A stretch of DNA of 64,000 nucleotides from Octopus sinensis (Eukaryota): NCBI RefSeq assembly GCF_006345805.1, contig NC_043004.1, positions 45,074,001 to 45,138,000 of the forward strand. Direction: 5' to 3'. A program made the translations under genes and the position numbers. Shown one piece after another: positions 1 to 12,859 of this stretch; position 1 is the first letter of the stretch, and every line of letters begins with the position of its first letter. A model generated the notes under the pieces. That model did no database searches. It was given only the letters and a program-made list of their open reading frames with translations, and was not told where the DNA came from.

Positions 1-139
1 TATTCTGTAATATAGGTTACTTAAAAAAAAGTTATTTCATATATTTTCATTTTATTTTAATTTTTGCATTCTTATCGAAGTCTTGCTGATGTATTATGAC
101 TGGTGATTATCATCATTATCATCATCATCATCATCATTC

Positions 140-688
140 TTGAGTGAGAAAAGAGCACATGCCAGCTAAGTGACACTGGGGTACAAATATATGAAGCCCA
201 AAATACCCATTATGACTGACTACTAGTCTGATAAGGGTACACCAGGCTCATGCATCACAGCCATATATATATATATATATATATATTCTTTCAGGATAAA
301 CTGCACGTGACCTTGCAGGTAGGGCCTGGTTAGAATTTTCTTCATGTCAGGTAGCCCATTCTGCTGAAATGAATCGTGAATAAGAGTTGTTTGAAAATGA
401 TGAATGAAACAACAGTGTTTCCAAGGGTATTCAAATCCCAAAGAATCCCTCTCAACACATGGCTAGGATGTTTCCCCACTACTTCAGCTTGTGATCAGAG
501 ACGCACATATTGTTAGCCACAAATGGAATTCTCTATGGCCAAGCAAGTGACAAGCAAATCTGTGATATTGAGCAGAATATTTACTGTAACCCATCTTTTA
601 CCCCAAGACAAAACATATACATGGCAGCACTTCCAAGTAGTTAAGATCAGAAGCCATGAATGCCACTGCTTCATATTACATTAGGGCA

Positions 689-691
<3 letters not shown>
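140..691 (-). mobile_element. (AAT)n-tailed non-LTR retroelement 3' segment, copy 1
   Basis: Homologous to 1041-1604 and 43194-43531. Begins TGAGTGAG next to (ATC/ATT)n and is flanked by (ATT)n on the other side. No intact ORF. Confidence 0.75.
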
Positions 692-723
<32 letters not shown>

Positions 724-730
724 GATTATG

Positions 731-777
<47 letters not shown>

Positions 778-784
778 CATCATT

Positions 785-990
785 AAAGTGATGAGCTGGC
801 AGAATAGTTAGCATGCTGGGAAAAATGCTTAGTGGTATTTCGTCTATGTCTACAGTCTGAGTTCAAATTTCACTGAGGTCGACTTTGCATGGTTTATAAA
901 GTACCAGTGAAATATTGGGGTGGGGTCAATGTAATCGACTAGCTCCTATCCCAAAATTTCAGGCCTTGTGCCTTTTATAGAAAAGATTAC
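785..990 (+). mobile_element. tRNA-derived SINE family B
   Basis: Head GAGCTGGCAGAA..TTAGC, B-box-like GAGTTCAAAT, central GAGGTCGACTTTGC, (ATT)n tail; many copies in window. Confidence 0.8.
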
Positions 991-1035
<45 letters not shown>

Positions 1036-1040
1036 CATTA

Positions 1041-1603
1041 TTGAGTGAGAAAGCAGCACATGCCATCAAAGTGATACTGAAGTACAAATATATGAAGCCC
1101 AATATACCCATCAGGACTACTTGTGTGATAATAGTAAACCAGGCTCATGCATCACAACCATATGTGCACGACATGGTGATTTCACAACAAGCTAAACAAC
1201 GCATGACCTTGCAGGTGGAGCCCAGTTAGAATTTTTTTCAGGTCGAGTAGCCCATCCCAATCAAAAGGTCCATGAATAAGGGTTGTTTCAGGATATGTAA
1301 TGAAACACCCATGTTTCCAGAGGTGAATTATTCAAACATCCCCAAAATTCCTCTCAACATATGGCCATGATGCTCCACAACTACTTTTGCTTCTCATCAG
1401 AGATACACATATTGTCAGTCACTAAAGGACGTGCTCAACTGGTTAAGATCAAGCTACTGACAAGCAAGTCTATGATATTGAGCAGAATATTTGCTGTAAC
1501 CCATCTTTTTTAATACCATGACAAAACATGTACATGATAGCGCTTCCAATCAGTTAAGATCAGAAGCCATGAGAGACAGTGCCTGGAACTGCATGAAGGC
1601 ATT

Positions 1604-1604
<1 letters not shown>
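1041..1604 (-). mobile_element. (AAT)n-tailed non-LTR retroelement 3' segment, copy 2
   Basis: Aligns along its length with 140-691; flanked by (ATT)n and (ACT)n. Confidence 0.75.
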
Positions 1605-1644
<40 letters not shown>

Positions 1645-1671
1645 TTGGTGGTAGTAGTAGTAAGAAAATGT

Positions 1672-2099
1672 GGATCTTTTCTGTTTCAACGGCAGTTTTT
1701 AAAAATAATTTCCTCGTAACTAAACACTTTTAAACTTCGTATACTGGTAGAATGTGTTTATAAAACATCTTTTTCTCTTGGCTTTATTGAAAAAATTCTA
1801 TTGTTTGTAAGATATTTGTTGTTTTTTCTTCAATTTCTGCAATTTCAACCAATCACTGATGTCTATTGAGATAAAAAAAACATTCTGTGCCGTATGAATA
1901 TGTCCCTCGTTTAAGAAACAGATTGGGTTTATTTACATTTGTGAAGAAAAAAAAGATACCCTTCCCCCACCCCTAACCCTAACTAACCCTAACCCTAAAA
2001 CAGATTGAAATGCAATAGATCGATACTAGGGTCATAATTATGGGTGACAGTTTCATATAACACCACTAGAAAAAACTGCTGTTCAAACCGAAAAGATCC
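1672..2099. mobile_element. Non-autonomous DNA transposon (MITE), Merlin-like
   Basis: ~29-bp TIRs (GGATCTTTTCTGTTTCAACGGCAGTTTTT / AAAAAACTGCTGTTCAAACCGAAAAGATCC). Exact 8-bp TSD GAAAATGT at 1664-1671 and 2100-2107. Superfamily inferred from GG-start TIR plus 8-bp TSD. Confidence 0.85.
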
Positions 2100-2381
2100 G
2101 AAAATGTCCATAAGCTAATTCTCCATTGACTCTTTGATCTTAAATACAAATTAAGTCATGGTAGGTTATCTTTTTCTTGCACTGTTCTACATGTTTCACT
2201 TCACTTAGCGTATGGAATATATGAATTGAGTTCACCAGGAAATATTTTCAGCAATGTATTTGCACCCTAGCCAGGGGTAAATCTATCTCTTAGTTGCCAC
2301 TGTCAGTGCTAAGCATCAACACTCTGTATAGTACCCAATTTCTAATTAAAGATGTGAATGTAATTTCATCTCTTATCTCTA

Positions 2382-2388
2382 GGTAAGG
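2382..2388 (+). promoter_or_regulatory. Candidate recursive splice site (3'ss abutting 5'ss)
   Basis: tctaat ... taatttcatctcttatctctAG|GTAAGG. Confidence 0.35.
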
Positions 2389-2655
2389 ACTTCTATTGTG
2401 CATTTGAGTATGTATGCATGTGTATGAGCATGTGGTCATCATTGTTTTCATGCCTGGTTTTTTATGCTTGTATTAGATCTGACAACATTATTCGAGGCAG
2501 ATGCTCTTTCTGCTATCAAATCTTGGCTGTTTTCATGCAAGGTATTGTTTCTCAGTCTTTTGAATGTAAGCAGCCAAATAGCCTGATGTCTTTCCATGGA
2601 AGGCTGTAAATGAAGAATATTATTTCATGATGACAACATTTGTGTATAATTAGTG

Positions 2656-3068
2656 TAGGCGCAGGAGTGGCTGTGTGGTAAGTAGCTTGTTTACCAACCA
2701 CATGGTTCCGGGTTCAGTCCCACTGCGTGGCATCTTGGGCAAGTGTCTTCTGCTATAGCCTCGGGCCGACCAATGCCTTGTGAGTGGATTTGGTAGACGG
2801 AAACTGAAAGAAGCCTGTTGTATATATGTATATATATATGTATGTGTGTGTACATGTTTGTGTGTCTGTGTTTGTCCCCCTAGCATTGCTTGACAACCGA
2901 TGCTGGTGTGTTTACGTCCCCGTCACTTAGCGGTTCGGCAAAAAAGGCCGATAGAATAAGTACTGGGTTTACAAAGAATAAGTCCCAGGGTCGATTTGCT
3001 CGACTAAAGGTGGTGCTCCAGCATGGCCGCAGTCAAATGACTTAAACAAGTAAAAGAGTAAAAGAGAG
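2656..3068 (+). mobile_element. tRNA-derived SINE family A, full length (Octopus OK/OR-type)
   Basis: Head GGCGCAGGAGTGGCTGTGTGG, B box GGTTCAGTCC, internal (TA/TG)n, (GAGTAAAA)n tail; very similar to 39730-40126. Confidence 0.85.
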
Positions 3069-5014
3069 TAGGATGTTAAAGCAAGGAGATACAAACAAAT
3101 ACACACAGGGTCTTCATTCACCTTATGCCTACCAAACCCCTTGTGGCTTTGGTCAGTTTGGAGCTGTATTAGAAAATTCTTGTCCACGGGGCTGCATAGT
3201 GAGACCAAACTTGGTACCATGTGGTTTCAGAGCTAATAAGCTTATTTCTTAACTACAAAGCCAGCAAAATCTTGAGCAACACCATCATCTATCCGTCATT
3301 TTAAATCTGGGTTTTGCCCCTGTCAACGGGGGTGGCCGACTACCTTACTTTCGCAGTCCATTTACCTGAAATACCAGATTTATAAATTTTTCTATTCCTA
3401 ACCTTTCCCTCTAGTTGTTTTAACCCACCAAAGGTTAACTTTATAGCGACTATAAAATTTATTTTCCATCTTTTTCTCTTCATCATCAACTAAAAAAAAT
3501 TATGTGGTGTAATTTTAATGATCTGTGCCAGATTAAAATAAATTTGGTGAAAACATATATCTGGATATTTCTTCTCTTCAGGGATATCTAAAACTTAAGC
3601 TTTCTTTATAAAAATGTTTTTCATTTTATTGCTTGCAAAAATTCTTTTCTTGATTTTGTGTCAGATTTGTTAGTGATTGCTAAAGAAAGAAAATGTATAG
3701 CGACAGCAGCAAAACAGAATCATTCAAAATAAATAAACTGCCAAATAAATAGATAAAACAAGCCAACTAAGACATCATTGGTGTTTTGTAAGCTCATTGT
3801 AAATACATTCATAGAAATTGCTTGATTTGCTAAAACACTGTGGAATGTTTTGGTAGATGGTAAAACCATCATCTACCAGCATTCACTCCACCCACACTCT
3901 GTCTGTCTGTTTACCTGTCTGTCTGTTTACCTGTCTGTCTGCGAGTGTGTGTTTACTTGTCTGTCTCACCCTCTCTCTCTGTCTATTTCTCTCCTCGTCT
4001 CTCTATCACTTACTCATTCTCTCACTCATTTTTAATCTTTCTCTATTCCTTAATCTATTACCCACTCATGTTATTAACCCTCACTCCATCTTCACTCAGC
4101 TGAGTAGTTTCTGCTCATTTACTGTTGAGGAGCGAAGACATAAATGGCAAAGATATCTGCTTTTTACTTTTGTTTTCATTTTAATATTATCGTTTTTTTT
4201 CTTCTGTGTGTGTGTGTGCATGTGCATGTATGTATGTTCGAAGTTTTGTATGTGTGAATTTGTGAATTTGCATCATGTGTGTGAGTGTGTGGGACAGATG
4301 TCTGTGAGTAGATATATATGCACAGGCATGGGTGTACAATATTTATATATGTATATGTGTGAATATTTCTGCATATGTGTATGTTTCTGAATAGGTAACT
4401 CTATCTATACATTTGAGTGTATGTGGGTATTATCCTGTATATTTGTATGTATTTGCATATTCTTGTATGTGTTTAAGTAGCTGTATGTTTGTATATGTAT
4501 GCATGTGAATATTCCTGTGTTTTTGAATGTGTACATATCACCGTACATTTGTATATATGCTGGTAGTTCAATGCTCTTGCGCATTTGTGTGAGTATATTC
4601 TTGTATTTATATATGCTAGTAGCAGTATGTCTGTAAATGTATCTTTGTAAGCCTGTCGACGTAGGGGTGGGGCATTCTTTGTTTGTTCATTGACAGTATT
4701 TACTTACAGCAGCAATCTGTGGTTAATGAGTTCTGGCAATGTAGATGACATTTGCTAGAATGTTTCACAGTTGGTGCCACCTCTGCTGCTGATACCGTTG
4801 CCACCCTCAACTCTATTACTACTGCACCCTCCTCTCTTGACTGTAAATAGAGAGACAGACAGATACACAGGGAAAAAGTCAGATGCAAACGGATGGATGT
4901 GTTAGTAAGTATACTGATGTATATGGCAACCATAGTGGGTGGATGGTTTATTTGTACATGTATACTAAAGGCATGCCAATGTAGTTGTTGTTGTTTAGCT
5001 CCAAGTCAGCCTTC

Positions 5015-5325
5015 AGGTTAATTTCTGTAATTTTGTAGGAAGCAATCCGTCCACCGTCATTAATTTTTGTCTGTTTCTTAAACAATGATTTAACAGTACC
5101 CCGATTTTCAAAATTAGTTTTCAATCCCTCAAAATATTTGATAGGCTTATTGACTATTTCTGGGTGTTTTCTTCTCATCTGATCAAAGAGTTGAGAGGGC
5201 TTCAAGGCTTCATTTGACAAAGATCGATGACGCATGATACAAAATGGTTGCTTTGGGTCTGTAGAGTTCTTGATAAAACCATATTGCAAATACTCATCAA
5301 TATTCTGTTGAGCCTGCCATAAAAA
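5015..5325 (-). pseudogene. hAT (Charlie/Buster-type) transposase N-terminal remnant with BED-type zinc finger
   Basis: ORF 4948-5289 reads QYGFIKNSTDPKQPFCIM..LSNEALKPSQLFDQMRRKHPEIVNKPIKYF, matching the YGF..P.C..C...LSNE.MKPS.L..H...KH motif. Degenerate Cys/His; truncated by another repeat. Confidence 0.8.
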
Positions 5326-5690
5326 GTTGGTGAGAATGAAGGCAAATTAGTAAACACTAAACCGACTATTATATCTATGTCCAACAGTTAAGAGAGAGAA
5401 TGTCAAATTCAGGCGAGCACCATGTATTCAATGAATCATGCAGGTGAAGTGGCTACTGAACTTTTTTAAGTTTGGGTGTACAGGTGAGAAATGGCTGTAG
5501 TTTAGCATTTTTCAAGTTAGAGGGTGGGATGGGATACATTTTCATTACAGTAAGAATTTGATTTTGGTCAAAATATCTGGATTTCTCTGTTAGGATACTT
5601 TGTTTACTTTGGTGATTACACATGTATATATAATTAAATTTTTTGCTTTTACTTATAGAATATTAGAGATTTCCAACTATGAATAAATTA

Positions 5691-5855
5691 GATGCAAGCA
5701 TGGCTGTGTGGATATGGAGTTTAATTCATAATCAGTTGGCTTTGAGTTCTGTCTTATTACATAGCACCCTGGACAAAATGTTTTCTTCTATGGTTTTGAG
5801 CTATCCAATGGATTGTGAGAATTGATTGACCAAAACTATATGGAAGCCTGTTACA
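5691..5855 (+). mobile_element. SINE family A, degenerate 5' part
   Basis: CATGGCTGTGTGG head through GAAGCCTGT. Confidence 0.65.
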
Positions 5856-6457
5856 TGTGCATGTGTGTGTGGTGGTGGTGGTGAGGGGGGGGGGCAGAGT
5901 ATATACACATGCATGGTTTGCTGAAATAACATTTTATTATTAATTTATTTATGTTTAACCTGATGTTTATTATTTTGGAATGATGACCCCAAAATATTCT
6001 TTTTTTAGGAGTGGTAAGGACTTGGTGCAAACTTATGCCTGTAGGGAAGAATTCTGTTAGAACATTGGAAAACAATGGTATAACATTAAACTACCTTCCT
6101 ATCAGGAATCAAGATAACATTTAGTTTCCAGTTTGAAATGTCGGCTTGTGTACTTTCTTAAGAGTGAAGGAGAAGGACACAGTTCTTAGATGGAAGGATT
6201 TGTGCAGTTGCTCAGGATAAAATTAGGTGTAGATAGGTGAATTGAGTGGGTTTATGATAACACAGTATACTTTACATTTAGAAAATTCTAAGTTGTCTTT
6301 TAATCTTCGACTATAATGAAGCTGCTTCTCTTACATTGCTAATGAAAGGTGTGGAAAGTTGCTCAATAGTTTCAATGATTTCTTCTTTTCTCTCGTCTAA
6401 ACCTTCAACCATGTGATTTGTATGTAAGAAATCAATATATGTTTACTGTCTTTACAG

Positions 6458-6485
6458 TTCACATAGCAGAAAATACAGTGATTTG
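6458..6485 (+). CDS. Candidate 28-nt microexon
   Basis: gtttactgtctttacAG|TTCACATAGCAGAAAATACAGTGATTTG|GTAAAT; open as SHSRKYSDL or HIAENTVI. Confidence 0.25.
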
Positions 6486-6779
6486 GTAAATATTTATATC
6501 TTTAAGAAATCCAATGAATCCAGGGTTTGAGACTACATTCTTGTGGTAATACAGAGGTGAAATTATGCACAAAATCCCAGAAAATCAGGCGATACAATTG
6601 ATTTGTTTGTTTTGATGCTTTTTGTTTAATTTTACTCATAATTGCCCAATATATTCTTATTCTTTTGCATATCTTTGTTGCTCTATCTCCTGCGAATGAT
6701 CACTAGCAAAACTGCCAAAACTAGTAGATGAATGGTTTTGTTTTGTTTAATTAAAATTTCAATGTTTATCGTTTACTTG

Positions 6780-7175
6780 TTTTGGTCATTTAATTGTGGC
6801 TATGCTGGGGCACTGCCTTGAGGGATTTAAGTCAAACAAATTGACCCCAGGGCTTATTTTTTTACGCATAACACTTATTCTACTGGTCTCTTTTGCCGAG
6901 GCATTAAGTTTCCAGGATGTAAACACACCAACAGCAGATGTCAAGCAGTGGTGGGAGACAAACACAGACATGATGTCACACCGACAAAGATACACACACA
7001 CACACGCATATGATGACATTCTTTCAGATTCTGTCTACCAATTTCACTCACAAAGTCTTGATTGGCCGGAGGCTGTAGTAGAAGACACTTGCCCAAGGTG
7101 CCACATAGTGGGACTGAACCCAGAACCATGTGGTTAGGTAGCAAGCTTCTTAAATGGCCATGCTTGAGCCTATGA
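6780..7175 (-). mobile_element. SINE family A, full length
   Basis: Reverse complement of family A, including head and tail. Confidence 0.8.
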
Positions 7176-7190
7176 ATAAGTAATAATTTT

Positions 7191-7262
7191 AACATTAATT
7201 AATTAATTAATACTTTAATTAATTAACATTAATTAATTAACTAATTAATACTTTAATTAGTA
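7191..7262. repeat. (TTAA)n-based AT-rich degenerate tandem array
   Basis: attaattaattaattaatactttaattaattaacattaattaattaac. Confidence 0.8.
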
Positions 7263-8185
7263 ATGGTATGTTTAGGGTAATAACTTAAGTTAGCCAATGG
7301 TACACATTTAAATAAATTAGTGGTGATGTATACAAAAATGTTCTCAGTTGTAATTTTTCTGAGTTTGGGAAAGGAAACAAGAACCTAGCAGCACTCTTTA
7401 GTGTTTCAGTGTATTTTCGGCTGAGGATATTCTTCTTTCCATTGATTTAATTTTATCAAGTTGAAGAATAGCTGCTAGTTGGCTTGTCTAGAAAAATTAC
7501 TTTCAACAGACTAGCTTCAAAGCTGCAGGGATGATATCATTCATTTACTTAATGCTACGTAATACCCTGTAGAATGTTGCTTAATACTGCAGAAACAGTT
7601 GTTGATCTGCAGTTTAGATCAAATAGACCTGTAGTCAAATGGATTCCAGCCATGAACATCCTGTCATATTCTTTTCAGTAGCAGTCTAACTCAGGCTACA
7701 TATAATTTGTTTAAGATGAGAGCAGTGTAGTTTGATAGTGTTTTGGCTATGGTTTCTAGTGTAACTATGTTGAGGATCCCTCAACGGTTTGCAAAGACGT
7801 TGTTGTGTGCAAAAGAATTTGCCTAATACTGCGTATATAACTAAAAAATATAGATTTTTGTATCAATTTATCTGAACATAATAATATATAATAAACCAGA
7901 GTCCCGATCAGCATGATCTTGGTGTTACTTAACCATTTTGATACAAACTCATCTGAGTCTTTCCAAACACTGGCATCATAAATTTAAAGTTATTTGATAA
8001 ATACTTCATTATTTTCAAAATTTATCGAGACAAAAGCAATTGAAAAATGGTAACAAAGCTTAATCCTCAAGCTATTTAAGCTAGACATAAATACTGATAT
8101 TTAAGTCATTGTGGATTATGAAAATGTAACTTACCTTTAACTTTGACTCATTAAATGAAATATAAAATTTATAAAGTGCTGTAAC

Positions 8186-8353
8186 AGACACAGCCATGGC
8201 TGTGTGGTTAAGAAGTTCACTTCCAAACCATGTGGTTCTAGGTTCAGTCTTTCTGCATGGCACCTAGAGCAAGTGTCTCCTACTATAGTCTTAAGCTAAT
8301 AAATGCCCCTTTGTGGATTTGAGTGATAGAAACTGAAAGAAGCCTATTGTATA

Positions 8354-8355
<2 letters not shown>
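8186..8355 (+). mobile_element. SINE family A 5' half
   Basis: CATGGCTGTGTGGTTAAGAAG..GAAACTGAAAGAAGCC. Confidence 0.75.
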
Positions 8356-8407
<52 letters not shown>

Positions 8408-8451
8408 TACATATATACATATAACCAGCATGCACACACACACATATATAT

Positions 8452-8826
8452 TTTACTTGTTTCAGCAATTAAACTGGCCATGCTAGGTCACTGCCTTGAA
8501 TTTTTAGTTCAGTGTGTGAATCAATCGCAGTACTTTTTTAAGTCTGTTACTTATTCTATCAGTCTCATTTGGTGAACTGCTTTGTTATGGGGGTGCAAGC
8601 ACATCAATACTGATTTTCAAGCATTGGTGGTGGGACAAACACAAATACAAAGACACATGCAAATAGATATATATATGCATATACATATATGTGATGGGCT
8701 TCTTTCAGTTTCCATCTATCAAATGCACTCACAAAGCTTTGGCCAACCCAGGGCTATAGTGAAAGACACTTGTACTTGGTGTCATGCAGTGGGACTGAAC
8801 CTGGAACCATGTGGTTGGGAAACCAA
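8452..8826 (-). mobile_element. SINE family A
   Basis: Reverse-complement copy, inverted relative to 8186-8355. Confidence 0.75.
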
Positions 8827-10384
8827 CACACATATGCATATATATATAGAAACACACATATGCATGCGTGCACACACACATATGTGTTTGTGTATATATA
8901 TACACATATATACACAGACACACACACATGCATTTTTGTATATGTGTCTGCCTGCTTGTGTTGATATTACACAATAGTTGTACATTAATGTATATCATCA
9001 TACAAGGAATGCTCTTCATTTCCTGTCATCTATGAAAACATGTATGGCCAGAAGAGAATATTACCATGCTTGGGAAGTGAGGGTTGGTGACAGGAAGGGC
9101 ATCTGGCCATGGAAAATCTGCTACAATGAATTGTCTGTGACTTATGTAAAGGGGAATATAAGAATGATGATGAAGATGATAAATGTTTAAAGTCAGAAAA
9201 TGCTAGCATAGCATAGCATAGCAGAGTTATGAAGATTCTGTAGATAAGATATCATCATGTTGCATCAAAGAACTACAGCTTTTGCATTTGACTCTTCAAA
9301 TGAAGAAATAAAAACCCCCAGAATAAGCAGGCATTTGCATGACATTCAAAATAAGATCTACTGATCCAAAAGCTCAACAATGTAAGCATGCCATTATATT
9401 CAGGTATAGGTGAAAAACCTGTCACCTGAAATGCATGTTGAATACATATAATTGAATAAATACCAGGAAGTAAAACCATATTAACTGCCTATGAATCATC
9501 ATTCTTACTAAGACATTTTCCTTCAGACTGTTTTATCATCATCATCTCCAATATCCTGTTAGCATTTTTTTTACTTTAATAACCTTACCCCCATCTCTCT
9601 CTTGTTCCCTGCTTTGCTGGCATGAGTTGAGTAGGTTTGCAATAGAGCATGTTTTTTTTTGTTTTTGTTACATTCTAACCCATGTCATACTAGATGTTTT
9701 ACAAATAAAAAAAATGCAATTACAAAAAAAAAAAATGAAAAAAAGACAAAAAAAAAAACCAAGAAACAAAATCGAGCAAACAAAAGATTTCTGTCTCTGA
9801 ATATTTAGTGGGTTGAATGCTTTTACATATAGGTTGATGTATGTGTGTATGTATATGAGTGTGTATAGGTGTGTGCTTGTATATGTATGTGCATGTAAAT
9901 GTAGATATATATATATGCATGCATATTTGTTTATGCATGAAATGTATGTGTATATATTCACACACACACACACACACACACATAGTTTACTGTTCCATTA
10001 TTGGTGGGATCAACGTGGATATATTTACATCTGTGAATATGTGTTTATACGAATCTGTCTGCCTATCTGCCTACCTGACAACCTACCTACCAATCTCATC
10101 ATCATCGTCATTCTAACATCCACTGTGGAGAAGCCATTCCTGAAGCCACATGATTTGAAGCAAGGTGACATTTCCCTATGGCTGCACATGTTTCCATAGA
10201 AAATTTGAAACCAAAAGTCATCTCTGAAATAGCAGACACCCATTTACCAGTATCGCACTATGCCGAAACAAGGAGAGACAAATACATGCATATACACATA
10301 AATACATGCATGCAAACACACACGTATATTTATACATATGTTTGTATGTATATATATATATGCGCACATATACACACTCATGGC

Positions 10385-10575
10385 AAGCTTCCACACAGTT
10401 TCCATCTACCAATCATCATCATCATTGTTCGACTGTGGTCGAGACAATGGAATTTACTATGTTACGCCAGACTTCACGGTCCATCATACCAAACCCATTC
10501 ACAAGGCTTTGGTTTCATGGGGCTATTGTTGAAGATACTAACCCAAGTAACTTGCAGTGGGACTGAACCTAATCT
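10385..10575 (-). mobile_element. SINE family A 5' half
   Basis: CAGTTTCCATCTACCAA..GCAGTGGGACTGAACC. Confidence 0.65.
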
Positions 10576-10889
10576 TCAGTTATATAGTAATAAATTTGTT
10601 GAAAAAAAATGTTTTTTTTGAGTGATCACAGAGCTAGATAGCTACCCACTCCCTTTTGTGATTTACTTTTGCCAAGTCTCTCTGTATACATAAAAAAAAG
10701 AAAATGAAATGAACTGACTTCGAAAGATTTCTTGAATATTCAATTTAGAGCTATATAGTGGTTAGGGTGCTAGTGTATAATTCTCTTGTGTTCTCAAATG
10801 TAAGACTGAACGTTCTCAAGGCAAATGTAACTGTGACTTCCTAAATTTTTATAGTAAAATATCTGCTGATATCTTTCCCACATATAAAT

Positions 10890-11060
10890 ACAGGCGTGGC
10901 TGTGTGGTTAAATCATTTGCTTTACAATCATATAGCTTTTGTTCAGTCCCAATCCATGGTACCTTGTACGAGTGTCCTCAACTATAGTTTCAAGCTGACC
11001 AAAACTTTTGAATGAATTTGGTAGATGGAAACTGAAAGAAGCCTGTTATGTGTGTATGTC
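10890..11060 (+). mobile_element. SINE family A 5' half
   Basis: GGCGTGGCTGTGTGGTTAA..GGAAACTGAAAGAAGCC. Confidence 0.7.
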
Positions 11061-11265
11061 TGATTGGTATTTCAACAAAATATTTGGCAGAAGATCACCC
11101 GCTGAAATAGGGTGGTTATGTAGCAATACAAATTTACTTAACATTATCTAATATTATATAATGAGCTTTGTTTGTTTTTGGAGTAAACCATTAAAGCCCT
11201 CTATTGAAACACAGGTAGTGATGTTTTAAACTTTCCATTTGTTTTCGAGTAATATATATATATAT

Positions 11266-11628
11266 ATTGAAATCGAAATCGAAATCGCTCAAAAATCAGT
11301 GGAAATTGTAGTTGTGATACCAGTGCCGGTGGCACGTAAAAGAACCATCCGAACGTGGCCATTGCCAGTGCCGCCCTGACTGGCCTCCGTGCCAGTGACA
11401 CTTAAAAAGTACCAACCGATTGGCCATTGTCAGCCTCACCTGGCACCGTGCCCAAGGTACGTAAAAAGTACCCACTACACTCACAGAGTGGTTGGCATTA
11501 GGAAGGGCATCCAGCTGTAGAAACACTGCCAGATCAGACTGGGCCTGGTGCAGCCTCCTCGCTTCCCAGACCTCAGTCGAACCATCCAACCCATGCTAGC
11601 ATGGAAAGCGGACATTAAACGATGATGA
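11266..11628 (+). mobile_element. RTE LINE 3' end
   Basis: GC-rich ~70-bp repeats, GGAAGGGCATCCAGCTGTAGAAAC core, CGGACATTAAACGATGATGAT tail; same as the 3' end of the RTE at 19141. Confidence 0.8.
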
Positions 11629-11974
11629 TTGCACACACACATATGCACATAAAAAAATAATATACTGCAGTGTGTGTATGTGTTGGTTTACAGTTGTGCT
11701 TCTTTGAAAGTCACTGAGCTGCAAGTGGTGATGATGTCATATCCTCTATCAACAAATCATCCTGTAGTTTTGCAATTATAAAGATATTTGCAATAACAAA
11801 TCCCTTACTTGAGAAACAGTTTGGTTAGCTACAGCAAGAGCATCCAGCTGTAACAGAGTGGCTCAATAATATATTTGTTTGATAGTACTAACATGGGAAA
11901 CGAACAGGTGGACAAAAGAACAAATTAACTTTTCCACCATCAATTTGCAGCACTGTTCGTTTTCTCTTACACAG

Positions 11975-12032
11975 AAAACAAATGATGAATTCATATTACA
12001 TGTCTGCCAGTCCACCTTACTTTGTCTTCTAA
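11975..12032 (+). CDS. Candidate alternative terminal exon
   Basis: cactgttcgttttctcttacacAG| then phase-2 frame KQMMNSYYMSASPPYFVF*. Confidence 0.2.
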
Positions 12033-12764
12033 TGCATGCAACCTGTAACTCTCACAAAAAAAATAATAAATACATAAAAAAATAAATAAGCAGTTTTGTA
12101 TTTTCATTATTTTCCATTAACGAAGGTAGTTTTTGTTTGTTTTCTGTCTTTACCAGAATAAAAAAAAAAAGTAATTACTATCTTGCATCTAAATGTCTTC
12201 ACATTAGTGAATTCCTTTTGTTGGACGACAAAGAAATAGCATCTGATGAAAAGTTTCCCTGGTGACTACCATTATAATTATTAAAATAAAATTGTGTAAT
12301 TTAAAAACATGAAACCATACTGTAAAAATTAATGTCTGTTTTCTTTTTATTTTGCCATATATTTCATTTTCTTATTCTATTTGATTTTGTGTTTTCTTTA
12401 CTCTTTGGATCAATCAACTGAAAAAAATCCACGAATGGTTTGTAAACTGGATGTCAAGTGAACAGTGAACAAGTTTGCACATGTCAACCATATGATTAGC
12501 TTTGCATCAAACATAATGCTCGTGCCTAATTAAATTGCTTTCAATAGCTCCTACTGTCCTTTATTGTAGCAAGTTTTGTATTTGACCATTTGACCATAAT
12601 TGCAATTTAGTTCAGAGCCTTAGTTGATTCTTTGAAGTTCAGGTAGGTACTGGACTATTAGATGCAGTGTATGTGAGCATATAATTCATAAAAGCATTGT
12701 GTTATGATGCAAGTTGCACTTAGTGCCTCTTTATATCAATTTTACTGTTTCCATGTACTAGTAC

Positions 12765-12797
<33 letters not shown>

Positions 12798-12859
12798 TGT
12801 ACGTGATCATATGTATATATGTGTGTGTGTGTGGTAGTAGGGGGGCGGTTCACTGGTTA

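Noticed and set aside
1971-1998. Telomeric repeat suggesting a chromosome end or fusion
   Set aside because: Only ~4 units, lying inside a TSD-bounded MITE
11893-11913. ATG GGA AAC GAA CAG (MGNEQ), a myristoylation-like start
   Set aside because: Too short, weak donor (GTGGAC), and no promoter evidence
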